Shown here one piece after another: positions 20,250-34,624 of a DNA stretch of 46,961 nucleotides. The translations under genes and the position numbers were made by a program. This DNA is from Jimgerdemannia flammicorona. Its lineage: Eukaryota. The stretch is taken from contig RBNJ01000049.1 in the NCBI GenBank assembly GCA_003990765.1, positions 1-46,961 of the forward strand, in the 5' to 3' direction. The stretch's first letter is position 1, and each line of letters opens with the position of its first letter. Below the pieces are notes generated by a model that saw only the letters and a list, made by a program, of their open reading frames with translations, made no database searches and had not been told where the DNA came from.

Positions 20250-20955
20250 CAGCTTTGTAATAAAACTATACACTGATAGAATTAATATGTTGCAGAGAGT
20301 CAAAGGTGACTTTCAGCCCTAAGTTCTGAGTTCTTAAGGAAGTACTGAGTTCCAATTACCTATTGCAACAGAGTCCATGTATCACTTTCAGGTTCTTATA
20401 CTAGTGGAAGTACCATGCTTATATCCCAAGTTAATCAGGCTTGGAATTGTTAACAAGTCAGATCTGAGGGTTTTATTGCTTTATTCTTATGTTTGGAGAA
20501 AGCAGAGCTGAGGTTACAACACACTCAGTATAGAGAGAATTTATATATATTTGAAGACTATAACTAAATATAGTATACTGGATACATTCATATATATATA
20601 GTTATACTTCTTTAGGTAACTATGGCTGCTAGTTAGAAATTCTGTAGAAATTTCTAGTGACTTTTGTAGATATATGTAATAATTCATTATATTCTTCCTT
20701 TCTTTACTTGAACCTACTTGTTAGGCTCAGTATAAGTGCACAACCTCTAAGCTACTGAAATTGTATATCATCTTTAGAATAAATCTGGAAATCACATATA
20801 AGATCACAAAGCTGAGTTAAACCAAAGTTACAGATCATGAAGCTGAGTCAACTTGAAGTCATAGAATATAAAATATATAGAAATAGAATCTTACTAATCA
20901 GGACTGAAAGTATATATACTAAATATATAGTATAATGAAGAACTACAACAAACTG
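20250..20955. other. Old CpG-depleted repeat-like DNA that hosts LINE D; continues at 26833-27723; family not identified
   Basis: Same decayed composition on both sides of the LINE D TSD; no diagnostic motif recognised. Confidence 0.3.
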
Positions 20956-21038
20956 CAGCCTTTCTCAGCTACCATTCATGTTATACATACTTTTACAACA
21001 CACTTTCAAGTTGTTTATTAGAGAAAGGTACTAAGGCA

Positions 21039-23080
21039 ATGACAAACAGCAAGCAATCTGGAGTGCATACTGGGCAGGGTGGCCCTAGCACGTTCAACTG
21101 GCAGTAGGTGGGGAGAGGTCCTGGCCTGGGGGGAGGCATGAGGGGGCTGTTGGCAGGAGAACAAGAAGGGAGAGGAGGCAGTAGTAGAGGACAGGGGTCT
21201 GGGAGGGCAAGCTTTGCAGAGATGGTGAAGGAGAGGCAGCAGACATCTGGGTTGAAGGGTTGGCTGAGAAAAGGCAAGGAGATGGAGAAGACAGCAGTTC
21301 ACAGAGGAGTAGTCCTTGGTGGTGAGGGCAGTGAAGCTGGGGGAGTAGTGGCTAGGGAGAGTATGATGGCTAATGGTGATGGGACTGCCAATCTGGAAAA
21401 AAATCCAGATATGACTGCTGATGGCATGGCTGAGCAGCTGAGGCTTGGAAGGCAAGGAGATTTGGCAGATAGTGTGATGGGTCTGGCAGTGGCTCCATTA
21501 CTCAAGAAATCGATCTTGGCATTTGTAGTGACGTTGTGCTTCTAGGGCCTGGCAGTGATGGCAAAAATGGTGCTGGGGCTTATTGCTAAGCAGGTGGCTG
21601 GAGCAGTATCTGTAAAGTTCCTGAAGGGTTTGGAGGGAGTGGAGGTGGGCTTTGAGGAGGCTGAGCCTCTGGAGGAAGCACTGAAAGTTGGATTGATAGT
21701 TGGGGAGGTGTGTGTTCTAATGGCATGCTGCCTGAAATAGGACTCCAAGGTGGTCCAACTGCTGGTGAAAGGAGTGCCTATGGTAATGGCAGTAGAGATG
21801 AGAAGGAGAGTTGAGGAGGTCATAGTGGAGTATAGAGAGGTGGTGAATATGTATCAGATTCAGAGTCTGGGAAGGGATCTTGCTCAGAACTGGAGATGTG
21901 GATGTGAGGATTCAGCTGGCAGGAAAAGAAGCTATCAGAAAGGCAAGGGACTGGCCTTCAGAGATAGTCTGGGGGGTGATCTTGTACAAGGTGACAAGGG
22001 TGAAGAGGAGTGAGGAGGAGGAAGAGGACTTGCTGGAGGCACTGGAAGAGCTGAGTGGAGCAGTAGAGTAGCAGGTGAAGGCTTGGAAGGTTTTTGTGGA
22101 GTCAACATACTTGGAGGTGGTGGATGGAAAGTGGATTCGAGTAGACAAGGGGTAATGGGAAAAAGCTCAGAGATATAAGCATCAGAAAGAGCTACTGGCT
22201 AAGATAGAAAGTCAACCATAGAAGGAGATAGGTAGAATGATAGAAACAGGGGGTGCCAAGGCAAGTATCTGGGCTGGCAAAGATGGTGGGAGTACAGAGA
22301 AGAGAACAGAAGAGGACAGGAAAGCAGCTAGCAATGACTCATATGCTGATGGTATATTGGAGGTCTGAGAAGAGGACTGGGAGGGATCGCCTACCTCTAC
22401 TTCTCTTATCAGGCAAGGTCCAGCTTCCCAGAGCAGGATGAGAGAGAATATACTAATAAAGGGGGCCCAGTGAGTGCAATTTGGAGTTCCTGAGGTAGCA
22501 AATGGGGGACAGGTGGTGGCAGTTAAAGAGGAGGAACTGGTGGATATCCCAGAGGTGTGGGATGAGGCTGCAAGTACTGGGGCTGACACTACAATGTTGG
22601 ATGGCAGGAGACTAGTGACTCCTGGGGGAAAAGAGGTAGGAAACCTACTTTGGATATGCAGAATGATGAATAACCTAGCAGCTGAAGAGTTGGGGGAGGT
22701 GGACTTGAGAGTAATGAGCAATGAGCATTGGGCATAGATCTTGCAGGGGAATGGAGTGGAGTTGGCATTGAAGGCAGAGATTCTTGCAGTGTATCTAGAG
22801 GAGGAAGAGTATGAGGTGGATAAGGAGCAGAAGACAGAGCTAGCAGGGGTTGCTGGTGAGAGGGCCAAATACTGTTGGGCCAAGCAATATAGATTGTAGC
22901 TCTGGTAGGAGGTCTGCCTGAAGTACTGAGAGAAGTTTGAGGAGAAGACAGATGGAGAGATAAATGAGCTATTGACTGGATTGGAGGCTCAGAGGGCTGA
23001 AGAGGAAGCAGTGACTGTGGAACATAATCTGGACATAGCACAAGAAGAGATAAACATAGAGCAGTAGGAATGGACTGAAT
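21039..23080 (+). pseudogene. LINE D ORF1 (nucleic-acid-binding protein), multiple stops and frameshift
   Basis: ATG at 21039; RTGDVDVRIQL motif and acidic tracts homologous to ORF1 of copies A, B, C and E. Confidence 0.75.
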
Positions 23081-26000
23081 AAATACACTATACTTTATAA
23101 TAAATAGTACAACTAATATTTTTTCTTTGAATATGAATAGGTTACAGGATGCTTATCAATGAAGGAACATTTTTACTTAGCTGAAGGGATTGGAGGCCAA
23201 TCTCTTCCTCTTGTAGGATGTCAGGTATGAAGATGATTTAGATAGACTGGAATGGACAAAGAAATGGAGAGATGAGGCAGTTTGGAAGGGAAAGGTTGGG
23301 ATTCTGGTACAGAAAGGTAGAGGGGAGATAAGAGATATGCAGAGCTGGGGGGATAGATTGGTCTGGGGTGAGTGGATATGTACAGGATGAGAGCTGGTCA
23401 CAGTGGGCTCCTGTTACTGCCCTGCTGTACAGAGTGAGCATGTGGATTGGGTGAAGGGCCTTCAGGAGAGTGAAATCCTTGTAGAGGCAGGGGTGGATAT
23501 GCTTGGTGGAGACTACAATATGGTCTGAGATATACTGTTAGATAGAACAGATGGAGGATGGGGAGCTGAGGGTCAGAGTGGAGGACTGGCAGTATAGGAG
23601 GAAGTGAAAAGGCTGAGTGCTCTGGTGGATGTGGGTAGAGAGTGCTGGGGGAATAGGAGGGTATACATGCATTGAGTAGGGGGCTTGGAGATGAGAATTG
23701 ATTGGATTCTGACAGCTAGCTGCTGGGGCTTAGATGTTTGGAAGTTACTGGAGGTGGAATGGTGTCCTTGATTGGATTATTAGAGGCTTTTAGAACAGGA
23801 GCATTTTGGGGGGAGTAGGGATGGGCCTGGACATTGGTACTTCAATTCTTCCTTATTAGATGATAAGATCTGGTGGGATGAGTGGGCTGCAGACATTCAA
23901 CTGAGGGTAGAGTGTTAGAGACAGGAAGGTGCTCCAGTTGGTGTTTGGTGGATATGGATAAAAGAGATGGCCAGGACCTACTGAAGTGAGGCTGGCAAGG
24001 AGGCTGGGAAACAGAGGAGGTGATGGGTGAGATGAGCTTCTAGTAGACTGTCTAGACTCTTGGAGAATTGAGCAAGACTGGCAATATTGGAGGGAGAGGA
24101 GAATTGGAGATCAATGAGGGTAAAAAGGGAGGTTGGTGAACTACAACAGGTATTGCAGGAGGAGGAAGAGGCAAAGGTGCAGAGCTTGGCAGTGTGGCTC
24201 TGTTGGCAGGGTTTGGAAGAAGGGGAGAGACCCTCAAAGTATCTCACAAGAGCCCTTCAGGCAAGAAGGGTACAGCAAAGGTGGAAGGGGGTGCTTGACT
24301 CTGATGGTATACTGGTGCATGATATACAAGACATTCTTAGATCTTTAAAGGAGCATTGGAGTAGATTGTGGAGTAAGGAGGAGGGTGGGGCAGATGTGGA
24401 TACTATTGACCAAGTATTAGAGAATTGGCACCCCTCACGAGTAGATGGGTTGGGAGACTTGGTGTTGCCAGTACAGGAAGAGGAGATCCACCAGGTTCTT
24501 GCTGTGACAATGCTGGATATGGTACTTGAGAAGGACAGTTTACCCTGGGACTTTTGGAAGAAGATGGTGGGAATCTCAGGAGTACTGAGTGAGATGATAG
24601 TATTGTGTGATTTGATTCTATAGATGGAGAGATGGGTGGGGGAACAGGATCTGGGATTGGTGACATTGCTTTACAAGAACAAAGGAAGGCAAGAGGACTA
24701 GAAGAACTGGAGGCCAATTATGCTACTGAATATGGACAGAAAGTTGGTTACTAAGATGGTAGTCACAAGGCTACAAAAGGTGACCCAGCAAGTCTTGGGT
24801 ATTGAGCAGAGGGGCTTTGTAGGAGGCCAGCTCATTAGAGATGGTACAGCCTGGATACATAGAGTTATTGAAGAGGCACAAGCTAGTGGATTGAATGGAT
24901 GTCTGGTCTTTTTGGACAAGGAGAAGGCTTATGACCAGGTGAGGCAAGGCTGGCTGGCAAAAGTATTAGATAGGACTGGGGTTCCATACCAGTTCAGGTC
25001 AGCAATGGTCAGCCTACTGGAAGGGAGTAGGGCTGTACTCATATGTAATAAACATAGAGGGGTAGAATTTCCCCTGGGTAGGGGGGTGCCCCAGGGGGAC
25101 CCACTGTCCCCCATTCTGTATACTCTTTCTCTGGAACCCTTAATGGATAGAATCAGGTGGAAGATAGTGGGGCTCTCCATCTTTGGCATTGGGTAGAAAG
25201 TAAGGGCCTTTGCAGATAATATAGTGGTTGGACTGGGATCCATTACTGATGTGGAGGAGCTTAAGGAGATAGTAGAGTGGTATGAGGAGAACTCTGGGGC
25301 TAAACTTAATTGGCATAAGTGTGAAACAATGGTGTTAGGCAATGGTCTGATGGGAGGGGAGGTTATTGGAACAATTGTCCCTACTGATGAGACAGTGCAG
25401 TACTTGGGTATCTATCTGTCAGTATACAGGTCAGTTCTATCCAAGCTTTGGTGGAAGCAGTGGGTTAGAATCTGAGGAGAGGCCCTGCAGAGTTGGGAGG
25501 GTTGCCAATTGTCTCTGGCAGGGCATGTCTCGATTTTGAATATCTACTAGCTGCCAAAGTTATAGTATCTGGCTTATTATCTAGACTTCCCAGCCTGGGT
25601 GGTGAAGAGATTGATGAGGCTGGCCAAGGGATGGATCTGGGCTAGAAGAAGGAGTCAGATCAGCTGGGAGGTCTTGTCCTTACCAGTGGTGAGTAGTGGA
25701 CTTGGGCTGGTTGACTTTCCAAAGAGGCTACACTGCTTGAGAGCATGGTGGCTGAAGAGAGCCATGAAGTTGAGAGGGGGAGGTTGGGTTCTCCTATTAC
25801 AGAAGGTCTGGGAGATGAGGTCCTTGCCAAGAGGCTTGACTGGAGATCTCCTATCTTTGGTTGGCCTTCAGAATACTGAAAAATTGCAATATAAAGGCTT
25901 CTGGTGGGGGGTAGCAGAGAGGATGCACTGTATTGGAATTCATTGGCAAGAAAATGAAGAGGAGGTGGCTTGGGACCTGGTGATGTAGAGATGGGACTGG

Positions 26001-26780
26001 GTGTTGCTGGGCAGCATTCCCTTACTCAAGTTTAACATTAGTGATGAGATTGAATGCCAAAGGAGACCAGGCCAGGATCTGTGGCCCAGTGGTTGGTAGG
26101 GAGTAGGAATTGGCAAAAAGTGAGACTAGTATGGCATTTGGGCCTGGAGTGCTGAGGTGAGAAGATGGATGCTACTAAAGTACTGAGTGACTTGGTGGCA
26201 CATGCTGAGGAGAAATGTAATGCTCAACTATTGCTCAGATCACCTTATCAAGGGGGGTTGCTTCGACTGTGAGGAGTGCCATAATGTAGAGCAGGAAGGG
26301 AGATATGTACAGACACCTGAATATTGGCTAGAAGAGTGTGAGGTACTTAGTGACTTTTGGCAGACTGTTGGGAATCATTTGGGGGTAGGGTGCAGGGGAG
26401 TTGGCATACAGGGGCAGTGAGAGGATTTGAGAGATAGACTGGTGGGGGTGGTGGGAAAGGAATGATTCACATTAGGCTGGGCTCTGGTCATTTGGGTGGG
26501 GTTGGCCAGCCACTGGCTATTTGTTTTTGAGGATGGAAGGAGACTGGGCTTGGGGGTCCAGCTGCTGCAGTAGCATAGCCTTATGGAAGACATCTTGACA
26601 GGCTGGTGGATTGGTTGGGGGTTACAGGGTGGTCAGAGGTGTCAATTGGTAGAGAAAATCTGTAGGCAGAGTGGGGGAAAGGTTGGAGTAGTGGGTGAGA
26701 AGGTGGTCTTTGTTCAGGAGAGAGTGGAGAGAGGCTCCCCTACAGGGATCAGATAGTGGGAGGAAATACTATAAACTTAT
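23070..26780 (+). pseudogene. LINE D ORF2 (APE endonuclease - RT - Cys-rich C-terminus), multiple stops
   Basis: NIFSLN, GGDYN, RIDWIL, WYFNSSLL; KNWRPIMLLN, FLDKEKAYD, GVPQGDPLSP, FADN at 25209-25220 (decayed FADD), SGAKLNWHKC, YLGI, GLGL, CFDC. Confidence 0.9.
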
Positions 26781-27723
26781 TAATAGACTAGTAATAAATA
26801 GTGGAGTCCAAGTAACTATAAAAAAAAAAAAAAACTACAACAAACTGAAACCATAACCATAACTCTCAAATATATATTTAGACATGACCACTGAAATCTA
26901 TAATTACATTTATGCTGACATTTGGAATACCATTGTTAACTGAGCCATAATACTCCTATCTCTTATGAATATTTATGACTTAGCACTCCTTTACTTTATA
27001 GAAACCTGATGGAATATCCTAAACATACTTAGTGAGGTCTACCAAATTTGACAAATTTCAAACTACTATCAGATCAGCTGTCTCCTGGAAGATATAGTTA
27101 ACCACTACTATAATATAGATATTACTAAAATATCTCTATATCAGAAACTCATTTCTTATAAATACTGAGAACTCTTTTATAAGTATAGAATCTTTATTCT
27201 TTATCTCTGAGTTACTACTACTAAAATAGTTATTACTCTGACTTATAGTCAAATTAATAATATGGTATAAGAACTTAATCGCAAATATATCAAGTATATT
27301 CAAATTACTGATAGACTCTTTCTATATCCAGATGACTATATTCTACAAATACCTTAAGTTGAATATATTATGAAGAATATCTACAATATAATTCAATTTG
27401 ACAATAATGAAGTAGAAGATAACAATCTCTCTAATATTGATATAATCTTTAGCCAAGAATCTCTACCAACTCTGATCACTCTACTAACTTTACCAATGAA
27501 CTTACAATAGTTTATAACTATATAAAATCTATTGAAATAATGACCACTGATATGAGTATCAATCTACATTTATATCTAACTACTTCAACTATAATGAAGA
27601 AACCAGAGAATATAACCTATATATCCTGATAGTCTCTTATTAATATAAATATCCTCTCCTTTAGATCTTAGAAACTGAGATATGAATAGACAAAAATACT
27701 ATTAAGAATACTTCTCTACACAA

Positions 27724-29305
27724 TATAACAGTGACCTCAGAATGATGACATTAGTACAGAAGACAGTCTTTCATTATAAGCTATCAGATTAGAGTATAAG
27801 AAGATTATATGGTATGACTCATCCAGGCTATAAGATAAGCAATGATGACCAACTGTGAGTCATTATGACCACAAGACAGATATCTTGAGAAATATAAAAG
27901 AAGGATCAAGAAACTGCAGTAGCAGCAACTCAAACAAAGCTTACAGAAATAGTTCAAAAGACTTACCATAAATAAAATGCCTACCACTCACTAAACCTCA
28001 AGGTCCAGGAACTACTAAGGCCCCTTAGTTCAGGAAAAGGATATTCTAAGACATCAGAAGAACTACATATAAGGATCCATACAAGAAGGACTTCTAGTCT
28101 CAACCTGGGTACTAGTGACTTTTATCATTATATCCTCTATTACTACAAAATGGAAACAAGGATCACTATTACTACCAAATGCCTCTGGATATAACAGGAG
28201 TATGAAATAGGAAACCTCCTCTACTGGAAATTCCCTCAGGCCAGTCCTTAAGAAATACAAGAAGCTACTTCTATAGATGTGCATGAAATAAGGATAGCCA
28301 AGAAGATTTATTAGGTATTTAGGTATATACTGTAGTTAATCTCCAACTTGGAGTATATTAGAATCTCAGACTTCAAGGAACTGTCAGCCTGCTGTACCAA
28401 TATACTGGAGACCATGGTGGCCACAGAAGTCCAGTCTACCATCACTCTCAATAGTGATAAAGTAGAAGAGTTCTGGTATCCCATCTTCTAGGATAATCTA
28501 GATCAATTCATACAAGGATTGATCTCAGTATTCCAAGACCCCAGCATCCAGGTTAGACCTCCTCAAGACCCCACATTTATTTCTTATTTTGTGGAAGAGA
28601 ATGTCATAGATTGGAGAGCCCCCACTACTACCAAATGAGATGATACCACCTATGATAATATTATCAGTAATGATGCTATCTCATGTGATATATGCAAAGT
28701 ACATAAAACATGTAATATTGTAAAATGGACAAAATATTCATGGATCTCATTTCCTTCAGCAGTGATGAAGATGAAGTCTCCATAGTCCTGAACATTCTAC
28801 TCTAAGTTCTTAGTAACACTGAAATCTTCTGGTATTCTTTTTCTATATGACTGAATTCTACTAGTAACCTTTTTCTATAATATCTGAATCTTTGAGTACT
28901 CTTTTTCTGTACTACTGAAATCTACTGGCATTCTGAACTTATACAACCATTTGTACAGATACTTGAATTTGTACTTACAACTGTAGTTTTCTGTGTTCCA
29001 GTATTTTATTTGATTATTGGAATTTATATTTAGCTTTATAACTTAGCAATCATTAAATTATATTTTATATAAATACCTCTTTTATTTCCTTTGAAATAAA
29101 GTCAGTCAAGTTCACTTACATTCAATTTTATATAAGTAATCTAAGAGATAACAAGACAGTTTAAAGATAAGAAGTTTGAGGACTATAAGACCTTGAGAAG
29201 GTACTCCAATAAGAACCTACTTATAACAAACTTGTGGTTAGTCTAAGAGATATACCTTGAAGAGAATCTGACATATTTAAAGGACTCAGTGACCACTATG
29301 TGACA
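27724..29305 (+). repeat. 5' LTR (~1.58 kb)
   Basis: Starts TATAAC (decayed TGTAAC), ends GTGACA; aligns with 34940-36324. Confidence 0.88.
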
Positions 29306-29308
29306 ACT

Positions 29309-29325
29309 TGGTATCCATTGGCTGG
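29309..29325 (+). promoter_or_regulatory. Putative primer-binding site (tRNA not assigned)
   Basis: TGGTATCCATTGGCTGG begins 3 nt after the LTR-terminal CA. Confidence 0.55.
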
Positions 29326-29425
29326 TGATTCAAGATGAATCTCTCACTTTTAAGCTGAAAAATGAACAACTATCACAACAACTACCCTGACTATAAGAGT
29401 CACCCCTACAAGAATTCAAAATAAG

Positions 29426-30250
29426 ATGGAAATGCATCTTTCTATATTCTATAGATATACTACCAAAGAGTCAATCCTGATCTTCATTGAAGACTTTGAA
29501 CAATTTGCTATTATACAAGCTCTCACCATAGATGCACAATTGGCCCTTCTACCTATCAGCCTCAGAGAACCTATCAGAGATAAGTTCAATGTAGTCACTA
29601 TTACTGATACTGGTATAGTCAAACTTGCCAATATAAAGACCTTTCTCAGAACTATATACTATACTGAAGAGATCAAGCAAGCTCTCAAGAATTAACTCAA
29701 TACTATCTACCAGAGACTTAGTGAAGATCCCAACTCATTCTATACCCAAATCTGTCACCAGATTATCTTGGCTGGCTATGATGATATCCTTAAGAAACAA
29801 ATAGCTGATTCAACCTTCCTCAAAGGAGTTTACCCTGAAATTGCCCTAGCAATCCAGTCTACTCCAGCTGCTCTGACTCTTAACCTGAAAGTGGTCTTTG
29901 TATAGAGATATTGGACTGTTAGACACCCTGCCAAACACTCAATGGAGAAAATAACTAGCATCAAGATAGAGCCATCAAAGCTAACCAATATTATACCTAT
30001 TATAGTTATAAACAGATAACTATCCCCACCTACCCCCAAGGTAGCCAAAGCTGACCCAGTGGAGGAACTTACCAAGCAGTTTGCTGAGATGACTGCACAC
30101 CTTAGTAATATTGTTAGAGAAGTCTGAAGTGCCAACAGGAGACTAGTATAGAGATTTGCAATTACTATAGAAAAACATAATATCACATACTTTAGATGTA
30201 GAGAAGAAGGCCACTATACAAAGAGTTATATGACTAAAACAAGATATAAA
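29426..30250 (+). pseudogene. gypsy gag, decayed
   Basis: FIEDFEQFA...LPISLREP, FLKGVYPEI, and a decayed knuckle YFRCREEGHYTKSY at ~30185-30230. Confidence 0.75.
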
Positions 30251-30799
30251 GCCCAACCAAGCAATACTATCAGAACTAGAGAATAAATCAATATAGTGGT
30301 TATTGAGGAGATTAGTGACACTGATGATAAAGAATACTATGAGAAGTCTGAATTCTACCCTATTACTGAAGGTACCAGATCCTGGTCTAAGCCTTATGAT
30401 AAGAAGAGCAACAGCAAGCTAGTTGGAAGACCAAAGAAGACCCCAGCTATCACTATTCAAAGCAAGACCCAACCCAAGGAGATTGATCAAGACATAGAGT
30501 TAGATGAAGCTGCCCACCAGATTATTGAAGACACTACTCCAGTCTCAGGAGAAAGCAAAAGCAAGAAAGAACAGAAGCTATATAAGATCAAGATCCACCA
30601 GTATGATATCTATAAGGACCTCAAGAAATAGAAGGTCAATGCTACTTTTGGATAGCTAGCCAAAGTCTCTGCCTTCAGATAGCAGTTGAGAGTAGAACTT
30701 GCAACTACTATTAAGAACCAAGAGTACAAGATCATATAAGCTCACAATGTATAAGAAGATGAATAAGAAGACTCAGATGAAGAATCTGAAAATCAGTGT

Positions 30800-33700
30800 A
30801 AGATATCAGCCTATATCTCATGTCAGATTAAAGATTGTATCTTTGATGTCATCATTGATACTAGTGCTAGAGGATGTCTCATGAGTAAGAAGACAATTGA
30901 CTACCTAGGTTGGGATATTGAAGAGTTTATCAAAATGGTCTATGTCACAGCAGATGGTATATAAGCTACCTCTCTAGGCAAGATCTGAGAAGTCTCCATC
31001 AAGATAGGAGGAGCTATCATCCTAGTAGACATAATTGTTACAAGTGCCACCAACTATGACATCCTCATTGGTAATCAATGGCTTCATAAGATCAAGACTG
31101 TCATTGATCTCAATGCTCAGAAGATGCAGATCAACTATAGAGGAAGAAAGGTATAAGTCTCTATCAATGTCTACAAAGGAGTACTACCAGACATAGAGGA
31201 AGGAGATGAAGAGAACACAGAAGTCTTTATACACTTAGTATATAAGAACAAGAACAAGACACCCAAACTCACAGATGAGCAGTAGTATAACAAGATCATT
31301 GATGACTATGTCTCTCAAGGAAGATACCCCCATGATACTAGGATATACTGCTCTGAACACCTGAATGACTACTGGTCCTGTATCAGTAAAGTTAGAAAAA
31401 TCTGTCAATAAAAGCATAAGCAAGAAGCTGCTGAAGCAAAAAGGAAAGCTGAAGAAGATACCCAGCTCCCAGAGCTTCAAGCTGATAGTGATGATAAGGA
31501 GGAACAAGAACTAGATATTACTCTCAAGGTCAAGAAGTTTCATTCTGAAGCCAAGATCTCAGAATATAAAACTGAAGGAGCCATAAGAATAGATCTTGCC
31601 AGTATTCAAGATACTATTCTCAAACCACAGACCACTACTCTACTTGGTACTGGAATTGAAGTCAAGTTACTAGAGAACTATGCTGGAATTATCAAGACTA
31701 AGAGTAGTCTGGCCAAAAGTGAAATCTCAGTTAAAGGAGGAGTAATTGACCCTGATTATACTGGTGAGATCTTTCTCATAGTCAGGAATCACAACTCCAT
31801 CACCCCATTCAAAGTCAAGAAGCATGACAGAATTGGCCAGATGCTGATCCATACTGAAGCCATTGAACTTATCAAGACCAAGAGAAGAGAATAAGGCTTT
31901 GGATCTACTGGAAGAGGAGCCTATACTACTACTAAGATTACCAAACTCAAGCATAAGAAAGACAAGGGCCAGAATAAGCACACATATACTATTGGAGAAA
32001 ACTTTCTCCTAGAAGAACAACTTCTCAAGATCCTATATCAGAATAAAGAAGTACTCACCACAGACTTCAGGGATATTCACAATCAAGAACTCAAGTACTA
32101 CTATAAAGTTGACACAGGTGATACTAAGCCCATCTACCAGAAAGCCAGACCTATACCACCTGCCTACAGAGAATGGCTGTGAGCAGAACTCAAGGAAATG
32201 GAAGAAGCTGGAATTATCAAGCAAGCTATTAGCCCCTAGGCTTCACCTATTGTCCTTATCTCAAAGAAAGGAAGCAAGCCTGGAGAGTTTGTCCCAAGAC
32301 TCTGTATTAATTATAGAAAGCTCAATGTAATCACTACAGCTCTTACCAAATATTCAAGAAATCCTTACCACTCTTGGAAGCAAAGCCAAATACTACATCA
32401 CCTTAGATCTGTTCTCACTCAAGATACCAGTAAGAAATCAGCCTTCATCATACCTGATGCCACATATGTCTACCTATAAATATTATTTGGAATATACAAT
32501 GTCTTAGCAAGTTTTCAGCAAATAATGAATAGAGTCTTTAGCAATGAGATTGGAAAATGGCTTTTTATCTATATTGATGATGTGATCATCTTCAGTAATA
32601 CTATATGGGAACATATCAACTACATACAACTGGCTCTCAAGAAGCTCAAGGAGCATGACCTCTATATTAAGCCCAAGAGGTGTAAGTTTGCAGCTCAGGA
32701 AATTGTCTACCTAGGACACATCATTAATCAGACTAGAATTCACACAGACCCCATAAAGATTGAGGCTATTGCAGCCTATCCAAGATCTAGAACAACTACA
32801 GAAGTCCATGCCTTCCTTGGACTGGCCTCCTACTATAGAAGATTTATCAAAGAATACTCCAACATTGCAGCACCTATCTATGAGCTACTGAAGAAGGAGA
32901 CCAAATTTGAATAGACCAAGAAATGTCAAGAAACCTTCAATGAACTCAAGCACCCATCCTTAGAAGACCAGATTGGAACCTAGAGTTCATCCTGCAGACA
33001 GATACAAGTACTATAGGACTTGGAGCAGTCCTAGCTTAGAAGAAAGATGGACATGAATATATTATCTCCTATGTAAGCTAAGGTATCTATAGAGCAGAAC
33101 AGAACTACAAGTCATGCAAGCTTGAATGCTTAGCAGTAGTCTGGACAGTAGATAAGTTCTACTACTATCTAGCTGAGAAATACTTCACTATTTAAACAGA
33201 CTATTCTGCTCTTGCCTGGCTATTCCACACTCTGAACCCCAAAGGAATATATATCAGATGGATCTATAGGCTGTAAAAGTATAACTGTACTGTTAAACAC
33301 CACTCAGAAAGAACTAATGTCAATGCTGATACACTCTCAAAGATACTCCAAAATACTCTCATTAAGACTATTCAACATGAATAAGGAGCTATATTATGGA
33401 TTAATCAGCTATGTTGGGCAGCAGAAGATACCCAACTATCTTGAACCCTGGATTATCACTATCATCAACCAGACTTGGAAACAATTTGAACTAGACAACA
33501 CCACACTCAGAAAAGGAGGAAAGCTTATAATATCTGAACACAAAAAGTATCAAGTAATGAAGGAAGTATATAAACAAAAATACCTAAGAGGAATCAATAT
33601 ATACAATAAAGCAAAAAGAACTATATGGTGGCCTAAGATGGAAGAAGATCTGCACCAATTTATCAAAGAGTATGACAAGTATCAAAAACAGAAATAAGAT

Positions 33701-34624
33701 CAGTAAGACCAGGTACCTGAGTTATCAAGAATTGAGCCTATTCCCTTCCACTACATTGCAATAGATATTATTGGATCACTACTAGTAATACTATTAAAAA
33801 ACCACTATATTATAGTTATTGTAGACCTCTTTACCAAATAGATAGAAGCAGGAGCATTACAAGAAGCCAATACTCTCTCTATAGCTGACTTCCTATACTG
33901 AGAAATAATCTACCACTATAAGATACTAAGATAAATCACCACAGACTGCAGCACAGAATTTGTCAATAGATTCTATGAGATAATATATCAGAAATATAAG
34001 ATTCAGCACATCAAGACCACTACATACTACTCTCAAGGAAATGGACAGACAGAGAGAACCAACAAGACCCTCAAGAATATTCTGGTGATGATCTTAGACA
34101 CATATGACAATTGGGATAACTATCTCCCAACTGCTCTCTCTATCCTATGAGATATACAGTCACAGAGTATATACTTTACTCCAAGAGAACTACTCTTTAG
34201 AGAAGAAGATTCTGATGAAACCTCAGCCACAAATCTAGACCTAACTTAGAGATGAGTTAACTCAGAAATCCAGAGACTATACCAAATCAGGAAAAAGGCT
34301 GAAGATTATATCATCAAGTTATAAGTGCTGATAAAAAAGAATGTAGAAAAGAATCACAAGACCCTAGAACCCATTCAAATCAGAGAAAAGGTTCTACTAT
34401 ATTGAAATATGGTAGAAGCCTCATGGTCATGAAAACTGGAGCTCAAATGAGAAGAACTCTTCTATGTGCAAGATATCAAGAGAACTACCTTCTGGCTTAA
34501 AAAACTCTCAGAAACTATACTGCCTACTATAGTATACAGGAACAGACTCAAGAGGTACCATGAACCTATACAAGAGAAGTAAAATATGATGACTACCCAT
34601 GAGGTTCTAGTCTATGAATCATAA
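30800..34624 (+). pseudogene. gypsy pol (PR, dUTPase, RT, RNase H, integrase), decayed
   Basis: IIDTSA at 30851, ILIGNQWL, YIDD at 32570-32581, FLGLASYYRRFI, GLGAVL, ECLAVVW, GNGQTERTNKTLK, VYRNRLKRY. Confidence 0.92.
31523..31912 (+). pseudogene. dUTPase domain between protease and RT
   Basis: IDLAS...GTGIEV...KSSLA...GGVIDPDYTGEI...DRIGQMLI...GFGSTG (all five trimeric dUTPase motifs). Confidence 0.92.

Larger units (their letters stand above)
20956..26832 (+). mobile_element. L1/Tx1-like LINE copy D, full length (~5.9 kb), poly(A), 15-bp TSD
   Basis: TSD AACTACAACAAACTG at 20941-20955 and 26833-26847; A-tail from 26820; ORF1 and ORF2 collinear with the other copies. Confidence 0.95.
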
